NCBI GenBank assembly: GCA_963848295.1 | Contig: CAWKDB010000010.1 | Coordinates: forward strand, 1,120,001 to 1,184,000 | Source: an uncultured delta proteobacterium | GTDB taxonomy: Bacteria; Myxococcota_A; Polyangia; Haliangiales; Haliangiaceae | DNA: 64,000 nt | Direction of reading: 5' to 3' | Shown here: positions 11,985 through 22,276 of the stretch, piece after piece | How positions within the stretch are numbered: the first letter of the stretch is position 1 | Layout of the letters: the number at the start of each line of letters is the position of its first letter | The notes under the pieces: generated by a model | What the model was told of the DNA's origin: nothing | Seen by the model: only the letters and a program-made list of their open reading frames with translations | Database searches by the model: none | Translations under genes and position numbers: made by a program

Positions 11985-13603
11985 TTCGAGCTCGGTTTCG
12001 GCGGGAACGGGTTGATCGTCTGGTTGCGGTCGAGCGGTTTCTCCGGCGAAACCGGTGGAGTCGTGTCGCTCGGTGGCGGGACATGCTGTGGCTCCGGCTC
12101 GAGCGCGGGTTTCGCCGGCGTCGTCACCGGCGGCGCGTCGTTCGTCTCGATCGGGGGTCGGCTCGCGGGTGGCTTGGCTCTCACCCGCTGCGGCGCGCTG
12201 GGCTTGGCGATCGGGCTTGCTACGCCGACGTTCGGTACGACCGCAGCGTCGGCTAGATCCGCCGGCGCGATCGGCGACACCCTGGCTCCGGCATCGATCG
12301 CGATCGACACCGGCGTGCTGGCGTCACTCGCGTTCGTCTCGTTCGAGCTCTTGCTGGTCGCGATCGCGATCACGACTATCGCCCCGACCGCTGCGACGGC
12401 CACCGCGAAGCGCGCCGTTGACCGACGACGCGGCGGAGGCATCACGCGCACCGCGTTCGGTGCAAGGTCCGCCTGCGACGCGAAGTCACGGATCGAGCTC
12501 GCCGGATTTGCAGTCGTGAAGGCCGAGCGCCGTAGCGCATCGATCGTCTCTTGGACATGTCCGAGCGTCGGGCGCTTCGCCGGATCCTTCGCGAGCATCG
12601 CAGACAGCAGCGCGTCGAGCGCCGTCGGAATCGCTCTCCACAGCGTACGTGGCTGCGGCGCCATGCACTCGAGATGAGCACCGACCAGCTCGGCGACCGT
12701 CTTGCGCTCGAACGGTACTCGCCCGAGGATCATCTCGAACGCCACGCCGCCGAGCGCGTAGATATCCGCCCGGTGATCCACGGAGCCCGCGGCTTTGATC
12801 TGCTCGGGTGCCATATAGACCGGGGTACCGATCAGTGCGCCGGTCTGGGTTGTCGCGATGCCGTCGTCGTTGTGCACGACCTTCACGATGCCGAAATCGA
12901 GGAGCTTGACGACGGCTGGCGCGCTGCGTTTGCGCTCGATGAAGATGTTTTCCGGCTTGAGATCGCGATGAACGATCCCGGCCTCGTGCGCCGCTTCTAG
13001 CCCCCTCACGATCTGGTCGATCAACTCGAGAGCTTCATCGAGAGGTACCCGACCGCGATCGAGGCGCGCGCGCAACGGCTCGCCGGTCAAGTACTCCATC
13101 ACGAAGTACGGGCGGCCGTCGGCGAGCTCTCCGAAACCGAACACGTCGACGATGTGAGGGCTCGCTAGCTGCGCGAGTGATCGCGCCTCGCGACGAAAGC
13201 GTGCGATCGAATCAGCATCGCGTGCCATCCCGTCGCTGATGACCTTGATGGCGGCACGCTTGCCGAGGATCGGGTGAACTGCGGCGTAGACGACGCCCAT
13301 CCCACCCTGCCCCAGCTTGCGCTCGATCTCGTACTCGCCGACGACCGAGCCCGGCGGCAGATCGACCGGATCGCGGCGCGAGGCCTCGAGTGCGTCGCGC
13401 GGTCGAGGCGCGGGGTGGACGACCTCCTCGAACAGTTGCGTCCGCCCGTCGGAGCTCGACCCGCTGTCGAGCGGATCTATCGCGCTCACGCGTAGCTCCT
13501 CGACACGCACGCTCGAGCCTTGGCTCGAGTCGGTCGACATCGCGGCGGACGGGTTGGCAAGCTCGGTCCCACCATCCCCCAAGGCCCCGCGCCGGTCCGA
13601 CAT
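11981..13603 (-). CDS. Membrane Ser/Thr protein kinase (Hanks type)
   Basis: LGQGGMGVVY, AAIK, HRDLKPEN, DFG, GTPVYMAPEQ, TM helix, Pro-rich tail ending INPF. Confidence 0.92.
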   Translation of the reverse strand: MSDRRGALGDGGTELANPSAAMSTDSSQGSSVRVEELRVSAIDPLDSGSSSDGRTQLFEEVVHPAPRPRDALEASRRDPVDLPPGSVVGEYEIERKLGQGGMGVVYAAVHPILGKRAAIKVISDGMARDADSIARFRREARSLAQLASPHIVDVFGFGELADGRPYFVMEYLTGEPLRARLDRGRVPLDEALELIDQIVRGLEAAHEAGIVHRDLKPENIFIERKRSAPAVVKLLDFGIVKVVHNDDGIATTQTGALIGTPVYMAPEQIKAAGSVDHRADIYALGGVAFEMILGRVPFERKTVAELVGAHLECMAPQPRTLWRAIPTALDALLSAMLAKDPAKRPTLGHVQETIDALRRSAFTTANPASSIRDFASQADLAPNAVRVMPPPRRRSTARFAVAVAAVGAIVVIAIATSKSSNETNASDASTPVSIAIDAGARVSPIAPADLADAAVVPNVGVASPIAKPSAPQRVRAKPPASRPPIETNDAPPVTTPAKPALEPEPQHVPPPSDTTPPVSPEKPLDRNQTINPFPPKPSSK

Positions 13604-13816
13604 ACCCACTGCTTCGATGGTACCCGGGCGCTGACTATCCGAGCAAGGCGATTGCCGGTGGCACATGGCTGTACCGACGGATCACTTGCAACGTTGCAGA
13701 CACGTGGCGGGAACCGACTTCTACGAGCACCTCGGGCGACGGATCGCGGTTTTCGCAAGACGCTCGGATCGAGCCAAGAGAAGCTGGGCGAACGAGCTCG
13801 GGTGGGCTCGAATGGG

Positions 13817-14251
13817 CTATCGCCGGCCGGAGCTCGCCGCACAGGCGTCGCACATCCCTCGGACCTGGACCTCGAACTCGCCGAGCTTGATCGAGCGCGG
13901 TGCCTTCACCCGGCTCGTCGTGACCTTCATATCGTTCAGGCACGACACGGTGCCGCAGCTCGCGCAGATGAAGTGCGGATGCGCTCGGGCGTGCGGTGCG
14001 CTCCGAGCCGGCTCGAACCGCCACGTGCGATCGCCGACGGCGACCCGGCGCACGAGGCCGGCGCGCGCGAGGTCCATCAGGTTGCGATAGACCGTCGCGC
14101 GATCCTGGGCGTCGCCGCCGAGGCGCTCGGAGATCTCGGCATGCGATATCGGGCGCTCGCTCGCATTCACGATGCCGAGCACGGCGATGCGCTGCAGCGT
14201 CGCGCGCAGCCCGGTGCCGCGAATCGCGGCCCGCAATTGGTCGTGGGTCAC
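13817..14251 (-). CDS. Fur-family metalloregulator (paralogue 1)
   Basis: RATLQRIAVL, DRATVYRNL, HPHFICASCG...RGMCDAC. Confidence 0.9.
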   Translation of the reverse strand: MTHDQLRAAIRGTGLRATLQRIAVLGIVNASERPISHAEISERLGGDAQDRATVYRNLMDLARAGLVRRVAVGDRTWRFEPARSAPHARAHPHFICASCGTVSCLNDMKVTTSRVKAPRSIKLGEFEVQVRGMCDACAASSGRR

Positions 14252-14264
14252 GTGGCGAACGCGG

Positions 14265-15565
14265 CTACTGCGCCGGCGCGATCATCGGGTGATAGAACGG
14301 ATCGGATGCGTTCTGGCCCACGATGTAGCAGAGGCCGTTCGCGTTGAGGTGCGTCTGCGACTGCGCCGAGAACGCCATGAATGCCGACAGCCCGGAGATG
14401 TTCGCCGACGGCACGCCGTTGAGGTCGAGCGTGACCTGGCTCGGGTTCGTCTGATCGGTGGTGAACGTGCCGGTCGGGTTGTTCAGGTACGGCGCGCGAT
14501 CGGGTAGTGGACTGCCATCGCGAACGTAGTCGCGAGCGGCTTGTCGGCGAGCGAGCCGAGATCGAGCGGCGTCGTGTTCGTATCGGCACCGGCCCACGCG
14601 GCGATGTAGTCCATGCGCAGCGGCGTGCCCTCTTGCTTGAGCTTGTCCCAGAACACGTGGTCGGTGTGCACCGTGACCTGCGCGATCGTCGCGCCGTTGG
14701 TGTTCGGCTGGACGCCGCGGTTCGCGAGGTTCTCCTCGTCCATGTCGCCGTTGAACGGGTTGATGCAGTTGATGCTCGACGTCGCATCGTTCCAGCCGAA
14801 CGCGAAGTGAACTTGTGGAGCGGTCGTGTACGCATCCATGACGGGATCGTAGACACCGCCGGCGAGGGCCTCGAACTTCGCCTCGGTCGGTGCATCCGGG
14901 TACTTGCCGGTCCCGACGAAGTTCGCGCGCGCCTCGATGTACTTGTCCCAGTGGTTCTTGACCATCGTGTCGTAGATCGCGAGCTCGCTCTCGGTCAGGT
15001 TGACCTGGGTCGCCGGATACTGCGCCGGCACGGTGTCGTAGCTGAACGCGTAGAGCGTGCTCGAGTCGAACGCCGTGCCGTCGTCCTGCGTGTCCCACTT
15101 GAAGATGCCGCCCGCGGGCTCCTCGCCATCGGCACCGACGAAGCCGTTGAAGCCATCGGTCGCGAGCTGATGGATGTCGACGACGTACGGGCCGGGCTTC
15201 ATCGCGACGATGCCGTTGAGCTGCTGCTGGTTCGAGTACTGGACTGCGCCCGGGCTGAGCCGAACGTTGCCGATCACGACGATGTACTTCTCGAACGTCA
15301 CGCTCCAGCCGTCGACGAACTGCGGATCGCCGACGTTGACGGGCTGAAACGGCAAGCCGTTCTCGCCGAGCGTCTCGCCCGAGATCGTGACCTCGATCGA
15401 CAGCGGCGTGTTCGGGGCTCGTCGCGTGTGAAGCCGGGGTCGAACGAGCCAAGTGCGTTGAGGCCGGCATCGGCGGTCGATGGCGCGTCCTTGGGTGCGT
15501 CGGTTGTAGCGCTACCACCGCCGCCACAGGCGGCGAGCAGCGCGAATGGCAGTTACGGATGACAT
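14265..15565 (-). CDS. Large lipoprotein associated with the TonB-dependent receptor (frameshifted)
   Basis: Reconstructed: FALLAAC lipobox, ISGETLGENG...FVDGWSVTFEKY, HTDHVFWD, C-terminus HLNANGLC...APAQ. Confidence 0.7.
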
Positions 15566-15586
15566 GCGGTGAATCACGGGAGCTCC

Positions 15587-16331
15587 TTAGTTGGTTGAAA
15601 CGAGGTCGAAGAGGTAGACGCCGGTCTCGCCCTTGACGCCTTCGAGCAGCTGCGCCGCGAACGTCGTGTCGACGGTCCACGTGTAGCCGCCGAACGGCGG
15701 AGGGCCGTTGGCGATCTGGGAGAAGTCGGATTGATCGAACCAGTGCGTCGGATCGACGTGCAGCTCGAGCTGCTGCGGCGCGGCGGTGAACGCGAGGTCG
15801 ACGGACGCGCCGCGGATCCGCTGCAGATCGGCGAGCGGCTCGGTCGTGGTGACCAGCGTCTGATCGATCACGATCTGGCCCTGGAACGGCACGGTCAGCG
15901 AGGCATTGGTCGCCGTGCCCGCGACGAACGCGAAGCCGCCGCCGATCGTCTCGGCCTCGTCGGGCTGCGCGAGCTGATTGGTCTGGTCGGGCGGCAGCAG
16001 GCCGATCTCGACCGACACCGTGGTGCCGGTCTCGCCGTTCGCGCCGCCGGTCACGTCGTACAGCGTCGGATCGAGCGCGTCGATGATCGTCTGCTCGGTC
16101 GCCTGGATGATCACGACGCCGGAGCGGAACTCGCCGGTCGACGGCGGATCGACGTTGAAGTAGAACGGCCCGGCGGCGATCAGCGCTTGCTGCAGCGTCA
16201 CCGTCCAACCGGTCGGTGTCGTGAAGGCGCCGAGCGCCGTGCCGCCGGCTTGAAACGGCAACGACACGAGGTCACCGCCGGTCGTGTTCGTGCACGCCGT
16301 CGCGAGCACGAGGAGGAGCGCGGCGCCTCAT
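15587..16331 (-). CDS. Lipoprotein associated with the TonB-dependent receptor
   Basis: ATG overlaps receptor stop; LLLVLATAC lipobox (1-bp shift near start); GWTVTL, VDPTHWFD motifs. Confidence 0.75.
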
Positions 16332-18962
16332 CGCGTGCCCTCGCGATCCAGTAGAAACGCGAGCGTGAACATCACCGTGCGCGGCGGTGCGGCGGTGAAG
16401 TTCAGCGCGGGCGCGAGCGTCGGGTACGCCGGCCCGTTGTGAAAATCCGACGCGTAGAAGTACTCGGTCAGCGGGTAGCGCGCGTTCGCGAGGTTCGCGA
16501 TCTGCACGCCGAGCCGGATCCATCGCCAGCGCACGCTCGCCGACGCGTCGACCGTGAACGTCGATTGTGACTCCTGGCCGAGCGGCAGTGCGCGCGGCCC
16601 GACGAAGTTCAAGCCCGAAGCCGGCGCTGCCGATCAGCGGATGACCGTGGAGTTCGAGCGCGTCGGGGAGGGCGTGGACGACCGAGGAGTCGGACCGCGC
16701 GACCGTGCTCGGCACGTACGGCACGAGCGTGTGGTCCTGATCGTAGGTCGCATACGCGTAGGTGAACGAGGCCAGCTCGTTGAACCAGTGCCCGGCGGCG
16801 TGCGCCGCCAGCACCAACCCGCGCCGCGTCGTGCCGGTCGAGGCCGACAGTCGCCCTTGGAGCGGATCGAAGATCAGGTCGCGATCGACGTGGGTGTAGT
16901 AGCCGACCGCGCGCGCGGTGATGTCGAGGTCCTTCCAGCGATCCTCGTCGCGGTCTTGCGCCCACTTGCCGTGGTAGACCGCGCCGCCTTCGTAGGCGTG
17001 CAGCGTCGAGAACGGCGCATTCTCGTCCTGGCTGATGTACTGCGCGTCGAGCGACTGCGCACCGACGCCGGCGCTCGCGGTGAGCGACACGCCGCCCGGG
17101 AGCTGCGCGATCGCGGTCGCCTTGGGCTCGGTGATGACGCCGGTCGCGGTGATCCGCGACGTCGGCTGCCGCGGCCCGGCGGAGTCGTACGCCGGGCACA
17201 ACACGTTGAGCGGCTGGTTGCGCTGGTAACCGCCGTCGGTCGCGCAGTTGTTGAGGATGTCGTAGCTGAAGAACTCTTCGCGCGCGCCGCCGCGCAGCGT
17301 GAGCCAGCTCAGCGGATGGAGATCGAGATCGGCGAACGCGGCGAGGTTGAGGACATCGGTCGTCAGCGTCGTATCGATCAGGTACGGGATGTCGCTCCCG
17401 AACCGCAGCCGCTGGATCGAGGGATCGGTGTGGTCGTAGCGCGCGTAGTAGCCGAGCTCGACCGATTGCGACTGACCGAGCGCGTGCCCGGTGCGCCGAT
17501 ACGAGCCGCGTGCGCCGGCGGTGACCGCGTCGTAGTCCTGCTCGATCGCGTCGCCGCGCTGCGGGTGAAACGACTGACCCGGCTCGGGGTTGTCGAGCAG
17601 GAACCCGGTGAAGTCCTCGACGATCCGCAGCGTGCGGTAAGTGAGAAATACCTGCTGCTTCGCGACCCCGTCCTCGAGCGGATTCTCGAGGCTGAACGAC
17701 AGCGTGTAGCGCTGGGCGTCTCCGCCCTGGCTCGGATCCTCGGTGCCGTAGTAGTCGATCTTGCCGTCGGCGATATCCGCGGCGCGCACGACACCCGCGG
17801 CCTTGTAGTGCGTGCCGTACGCGGTCGCGAGCAGGCGCCAGATCCCGTGCTCGCCGAGCGTGCCCTCGTATTGGCCCATCGCGGTCGCGGCGCTGTCCGC
17901 GCGATTGACGCCGTAGCCGGCGCTGTTGAAGATCTGCACCGCGCCGAACGTGGCGTCACGCTCGGCACGCGGTGCCCACAGCGCGAGCGTGCGCGTCGTG
18001 CCGAACTGGCCGGCGCTCTGTTCGAATTCCAGGCCGCGTTCCGCGACGCCGAGCTCGTAGTTCGCACTGCCCGCGACCGAGAAGTCGCCTTGATGCGGAT
18101 CGAACGGCCCCTCGATCACGCGCAGCGACTTGACGACCTCCGGGATGATGAAGTGCGTGTCGGCGTAGCCGTGACCGTCGGTGTTGTCGACCTCGTTGAT
18201 CGGGACACCTTCGACGGTGAACTCGATGTCCTGGCCCTGCTCGGCGTCGAACCCGCGCAAGAACACCTGATCGGCGTGACCCGCGCCGCCCTCGTTGGCG
18301 AGGAACAAGCCCGGCGCCTGCTCGAGCATCTTGCCGGCGCTCGCCTGCGCGGTCTTCGACAGCTGCGACGGCGTGATCTCGATCGTGCTCGCGCCGCGGT
18401 CGAGCTGCTTGGTCGCTTTGCGGGTCGTGCCGGTCATCGTGATCACCTCTCCGATCGCCGCGGCCGGATCGAAGTGGACGGCGACCGTGATATGGCTCGC
18501 GACGGGCTTGCCATCCTTGTGAGCGGGCCCGAAGGTCCACCCGAGCACCGAAGCGGTCGCGAGGTCGTCGAACTGCGGTTGCGGCGCCGAGATCACGCGC
18601 GGATTACTCGGCATCCCCGCGCTGTCGACCTCGACGTGGACCAGCACGTCGGTGACGCGCTGCTGCTTCTTCGGGAGGTCGGGATAGATCGGCGGTTGCT
18701 GGACGAGGATCCGGGGCGGTTCCTCGGTGGACGGCTGCGGCGGCTGTCGCACGGCCGGGGCCGGCGCGGCATCGCTCGGGGCCGGCGCGGCATCGCTCGG
18801 GGCCGGCGCGGCATCGTTCGCGGCCGCGGGTGCATCGGTCACGCCGGCATCGACCGGTTGTGACCGCGCAACGCGCGGGAAGGCGATAAACAAGAGCATG
18901 GCAAAGGCGGTTTTTGCGTATGGACGGATCACGGCGACTCTTCCAGCCGGCGCTCGCCGCAT
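16328..18962 (-). CDS. TonB-dependent receptor with N-terminal TonB C-terminal-like domain (frameshift near 16612; start uncertain)
   Basis: TonB_C-like PIYP...WTFGPAHKDGKPV; plug FLRGFDAEQG...GHGYADTHFIIPEVV...GPF; C-terminal NLANARY...PRTVMFTLAF. Confidence 0.9.
18756..18816. repeat. 21-bp coding tandem repeat (~3 copies; SDAAPAP)
   Basis: cggggccggcgcggcatcgct repeated. Confidence 0.85.
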
Positions 18963-19078
18963 AGCTACGGCGAGCAACAGGCGTACGACTCGGCCGATCG
19001 CGCGCGCGACCAGCCGACATGCGCGGCGCAGCCTCTAAGCGCACTCCGCGCGATGCGCGGGCGCGATCGAAACCACGC

Positions 19079-19477
19079 TCAGGCGCGAATGGGCGGCGAG
19101 GTCTTCGGCGCGAACCGGTAGCGGCTCGCGACGATGGTCGTGACGTGCGCGGGCGCGCAGTCGGTCCGGGTCTCGAGCCTCGGTGACAGCGCCACGACGC
19201 GCGAGGCTTCGTGGTGAACGGCTTGGTGAAGCGCCTTGGAGATCTCGCACGGACCGTCGTCCGGCTGCCCGTCCGGCGACGGGTGGACGTCCGACTGCGC
19301 GCCGTGGTGGTGACCGACGAGCGAGATCGCGTGATGGAGCTCGCCGGTGTGCGGATCGAGGACGTGCGCGACCTGCGCCTCGTGGCGCATGCCGAGCACC
19401 CCCGCGGCGACGAACGACAAGCATGCGACCGCGGCAAGGACCCGGCGCGCGAGGGACGCGCTCCGGAACTCCTGCAT
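19079..19477 (-). CDS. His-rich exported/leader protein ending APKTSPP (DUF2946/CruR-like architecture)
   Basis: Hydrophobic N-terminal segment, many His (LHH, GHHHG, VHH), C-terminal RFAPKTSPPIRA; directly upstream of the receptor. Confidence 0.7.
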   Translation of the reverse strand: MQEFRSASLARRVLAAVACLSFVAAGVLGMRHEAQVAHVLDPHTGELHHAISLVGHHHGAQSDVHPSPDGQPDDGPCEISKALHQAVHHEASRVVALSPRLETRTDCAPAHVTTIVASRYRFAPKTSPPIRA

Positions 19478-19487
19478 ACGAGTTGCA
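19473..19487. promoter_or_regulatory. Putative Fur-family operator TGCAT-ACGAG-TTGCA
   Basis: Palindromic TGCAW-N5-WTGCA overlapping the leader gene start; recurs at 20253 and 22658. Confidence 0.65.
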
Positions 19488-19631
19488 AGTGTCACGGCTC
19501 AACACATGGCATGTTCAAAGCGATCGAGTCAAGCGCAGCTCGTGAATCGCGTGACAGGCGTGATCGATTCCGCAACTATCACGACGATGCAGGAGCATCG
19601 AAGTCGCAACAACGTCCACGGTTTGACCGCT

Positions 19632-20060
19632 CTATCGGCAGACGTCGCATAGCCCGCGCAGGTGCACTTCCACCTCGCGTTGACGGACGGCGCGCGGCGT
19701 GTTCGCTGGTGACAAGGCGACGGTGGTATCCGAGAGGCACTCGACGGTGCCGCACTCTGTACAGACAAAGTGCGGATGCGACTTCGCCTCGTGCGCGCTG
19801 TCGATCACCTCGAAACGCCACACGTGATCACCGACATCGGTGCGCCGCAGGAGACCAGCTTCGGCGAGGTCGACCAAGTTGCGGTAGATCGTGGCCCGGT
19901 CCCAAGCCGCGTGCTCGAGTCGATCGGCGACCTCGCCATGAGACATCGGCTCTCCGACGACCCGCAGTAGATCGAGTACGGCGATACGCGAAGGCGTCGC
20001 GCGCATACCCTTGCTTCGAAGTTCGTCACGCAACTCGACTCGTTTCGAGCTACGCGCCAT
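19632..20060 (-). CDS. Fur-family metalloregulator (paralogue 2)
   Basis: RATPSRIAVL, DRATIYRNL, HPHFVCTECG...RGLCDVC. Confidence 0.9.
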   Translation of the reverse strand: MARSSKRVELRDELRSKGMRATPSRIAVLDLLRVVGEPMSHGEVADRLEHAAWDRATIYRNLVDLAEAGLLRRTDVGDHVWRFEVIDSAHEAKSHPHFVCTECGTVECLSDTTVALSPANTPRAVRQREVEVHLRGLCDVCR

Positions 20061-20252
20061 GAGTCCACTCTACGCCGTCGAGAGCGGTGACGCAACCGAG
20101 CTTCAGATGCGACCGTACCGCAGGTAGCCGTTATCGCCGTCGGGCAACGCTACGCTCCTCGAGCCGAGGGGTCGTGCTGGGCGTGGCCACAGCGCCTTCG
20201 CGCATGCCGATTCGGAGTGAGACGTTCCCGCTATACGCATAACGTATCTTTC

Positions 20253-20267
20253 TGCATAATCGTTGCA
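20253..20267. promoter_or_regulatory. Putative Fur-family operator TGCAT-AATCG-TTGCA
   Basis: Same palindrome 17 bp upstream of the ZIP-like gene, in an AT-rich stretch. Confidence 0.65.
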
Positions 20268-20284
20268 TCTATGGCGGGCGCATC

Positions 20285-21754
20285 ATGTTCGGCGTAGCGC
20301 TGTTGCTCTCGATCGGTGGGTTGATGATCGGCCCGGCGATTACCTCGTGGGCGCACGGTCGATCGGCCTGGCTGCGCGTGATCGATGCGGGGATGCTCGG
20401 CATCGTCTTGCCGCTCCTATTGCTTCGCCTGGTGCCGCATATCGTCGACGAGATCGGCGGGATCGCGGTGGCCGCCGTCGCCGTCGGCTACGCCGCGTTC
20501 ACCGCGCTCGAGTCACGTACCCACGGGCGCGCGACGCAGCTCGGCGCAGCGATCTTGTTGCCGACGCTCGGGATCCACTCGTTCTTGGACGGCACCGCGC
20601 TCGCGATCGCGTTCCAGCACGGCGGGACCGACGCTGCGGGAGCGACGCTTGGAGCGGCGCTCGTGCTCCATCGCATCCCCGAGGGTTTGGTCATCGCGAC
20701 CGCGCTCGTGCCGACGCTCGGGGTCCGCGGCACCATGTATCGGGTCGCGGCGCTCGGTGCGATGACGATCACCGGCGCCCTGATCGGGCGCGAGCTCCTG
20801 GCGCACACGCCCGACCGCGCCTTGCACGTGGTCGTCGCGGTCGGTCTTGGTGTGATGCTCCGGATGGTCCTGCACAGCCATCATCGCGAGCACGTCGACG
20901 CCGGACCGCGGCGCGAATGGCTCGATGGCGTCGCCTTTGTCGGTGCCGCCTCGCTGTCGTTCGCAGTGCCAGCCCCGTGGCAGTTGTTCGAGCAAAGCCA
21001 GCCACACGAGATGTCGGCGGCGCACGCGATCGTTCCGCTGTTTCTGGAGACGGCGCCTTGGGTGCTCGCAGCGCTGATCCTCGGGCAGGTCGCCGACCGG
21101 CTCATAGCCTGGCACCACGCCGATCGCTCGTGGCCGGCGGGTTGGCTGGTCGCGATCATCCTCGCGCTTTTCTGGCTCGGGCCGTGGTTCGCATTGGCGA
21201 TAGCGGTCCTCGGGCCAGGTGTCGTGTGGTGGAGCTCGCGGCGAGAGCCGACGCTGGGCTCGTTCATTCCAAGGGCGACCGCGGTGATCCCGTCCTACGC
21301 AGCAGGGATCGCGATCGCGGTGACACTCGAAGCAGCGGTCCCGGCGAACGCGCTGGACTTGATGTCGACGTTGGGATGGATCGCGCTGCCGATCACCCTC
21401 GCGGCCGCGTGTCTGGTACCGATGAACGCGGCTGGACTGCTCCCGATCACGGCCATCCTCGTCCACAAGGGCTTCGAGCCGGGCTTCGGGCTGGCGTACG
21501 TGCTCGCATCGGTGGTCGTCGCGTCGCGCGACCGGCAATTCCCGATCTCTTGGCGCGTGCCGGCGGCGATCGTCGTCGCGGGAGCCGGTTCGATGGTGAT
21601 CGGCCCGGTACTCGAACCGCTTCCGCGCCTGCACGAGCTCGGTCATCACCATCACGCGGCCTTCGAGTACGTGACCGCGATCGCGGTTGCGGCGTGGATT
21701 CTGTTCGAGGTCGTGCGTCGCGGTCCGCGGCCGTTTCTCGAGCAGATTCGATAG
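20285..21754 (+). CDS. Metal transporter: ZIP-like N-terminal domain fused to a permease-like (DUF318/ArsP-like) C-terminal domain
   Basis: IHSFLDG and LHRIPEG ZIP signatures, HSHH linker, LFLETAPWVL segment, GHHHH near C-terminus. Confidence 0.75.
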   Translation: MFGVALLLSIGGLMIGPAITSWAHGRSAWLRVIDAGMLGIVLPLLLLRLVPHIVDEIGGIAVAAVAVGYAAFTALESRTHGRATQLGAAILLPTLGIHSFLDGTALAIAFQHGGTDAAGATLGAALVLHRIPEGLVIATALVPTLGVRGTMYRVAALGAMTITGALIGRELLAHTPDRALHVVVAVGLGVMLRMVLHSHHREHVDAGPRREWLDGVAFVGAASLSFAVPAPWQLFEQSQPHEMSAAHAIVPLFLETAPWVLAALILGQVADRLIAWHHADRSWPAGWLVAIILALFWLGPWFALAIAVLGPGVVWWSSRREPTLGSFIPRATAVIPSYAAGIAIAVTLEAAVPANALDLMSTLGWIALPITLAAACLVPMNAAGLLPITAILVHKGFEPGFGLAYVLASVVVASRDRQFPISWRVPAAIVVAGAGSMVIGPVLEPLPRLHELGHHHHAAFEYVTAIAVAAWILFEVVRRGPRPFLEQIR

Positions 21755-21846
21755 CCTGATGCTCCGCGAATCGAGCTTGACTCGACGATCGATCCGGTCT
21801 ATCAGTTCATCATTCGTTGAAATGACATCTCGAAAGGACTCCGGCG

Positions 21847-22198
21847 ATGAGCCACCCACCAAGTTCACACCCAACACGATCATGTTCATGGCGCCAACTG
21901 CGGCCACCGCGCTGTCCGGCACGGCGGACCATGTCGATTACCTCCACGACGGCCACCTCCACATGGTTCATGGCGATCACATCGATGAGTGCACCGGTCG
22001 CGGTCGACGCATCGAACCCGGCCGGCTGCACGCCGGGTCACGCGTGCAAGGGCCACGTGGCCGGTCACGCGCACGGTGCGACCTGTGGCCACGAGGCGGT
22101 ACCGCACGGCGACCACGTCGACTATCTGGTCGATGGCCACCTTCACCACGCGCACGCCGGGCACTGCGATGACCACGGCGCGCTCGCAGAGCGCGTGA
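21847..22198 (+). CDS. Small His/Cys-rich metal-binding protein with internal duplication (frameshifted; end approximate)
   Basis: Reconstructed HDHVHGANCGH...HVDYLHDGHLH...H and HAHGATCGHEAVPHGDHVDYLVDGHLHHAH; AAGGA RBS. Confidence 0.75.
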
Positions 22199-22276
22199 TC
22201 CGGCAGCTCGGACACTTCATCATTTGTGCGGTCGATGGAATAATCGACCGATGAATTCCACGTCAGCGGCGCCAGC

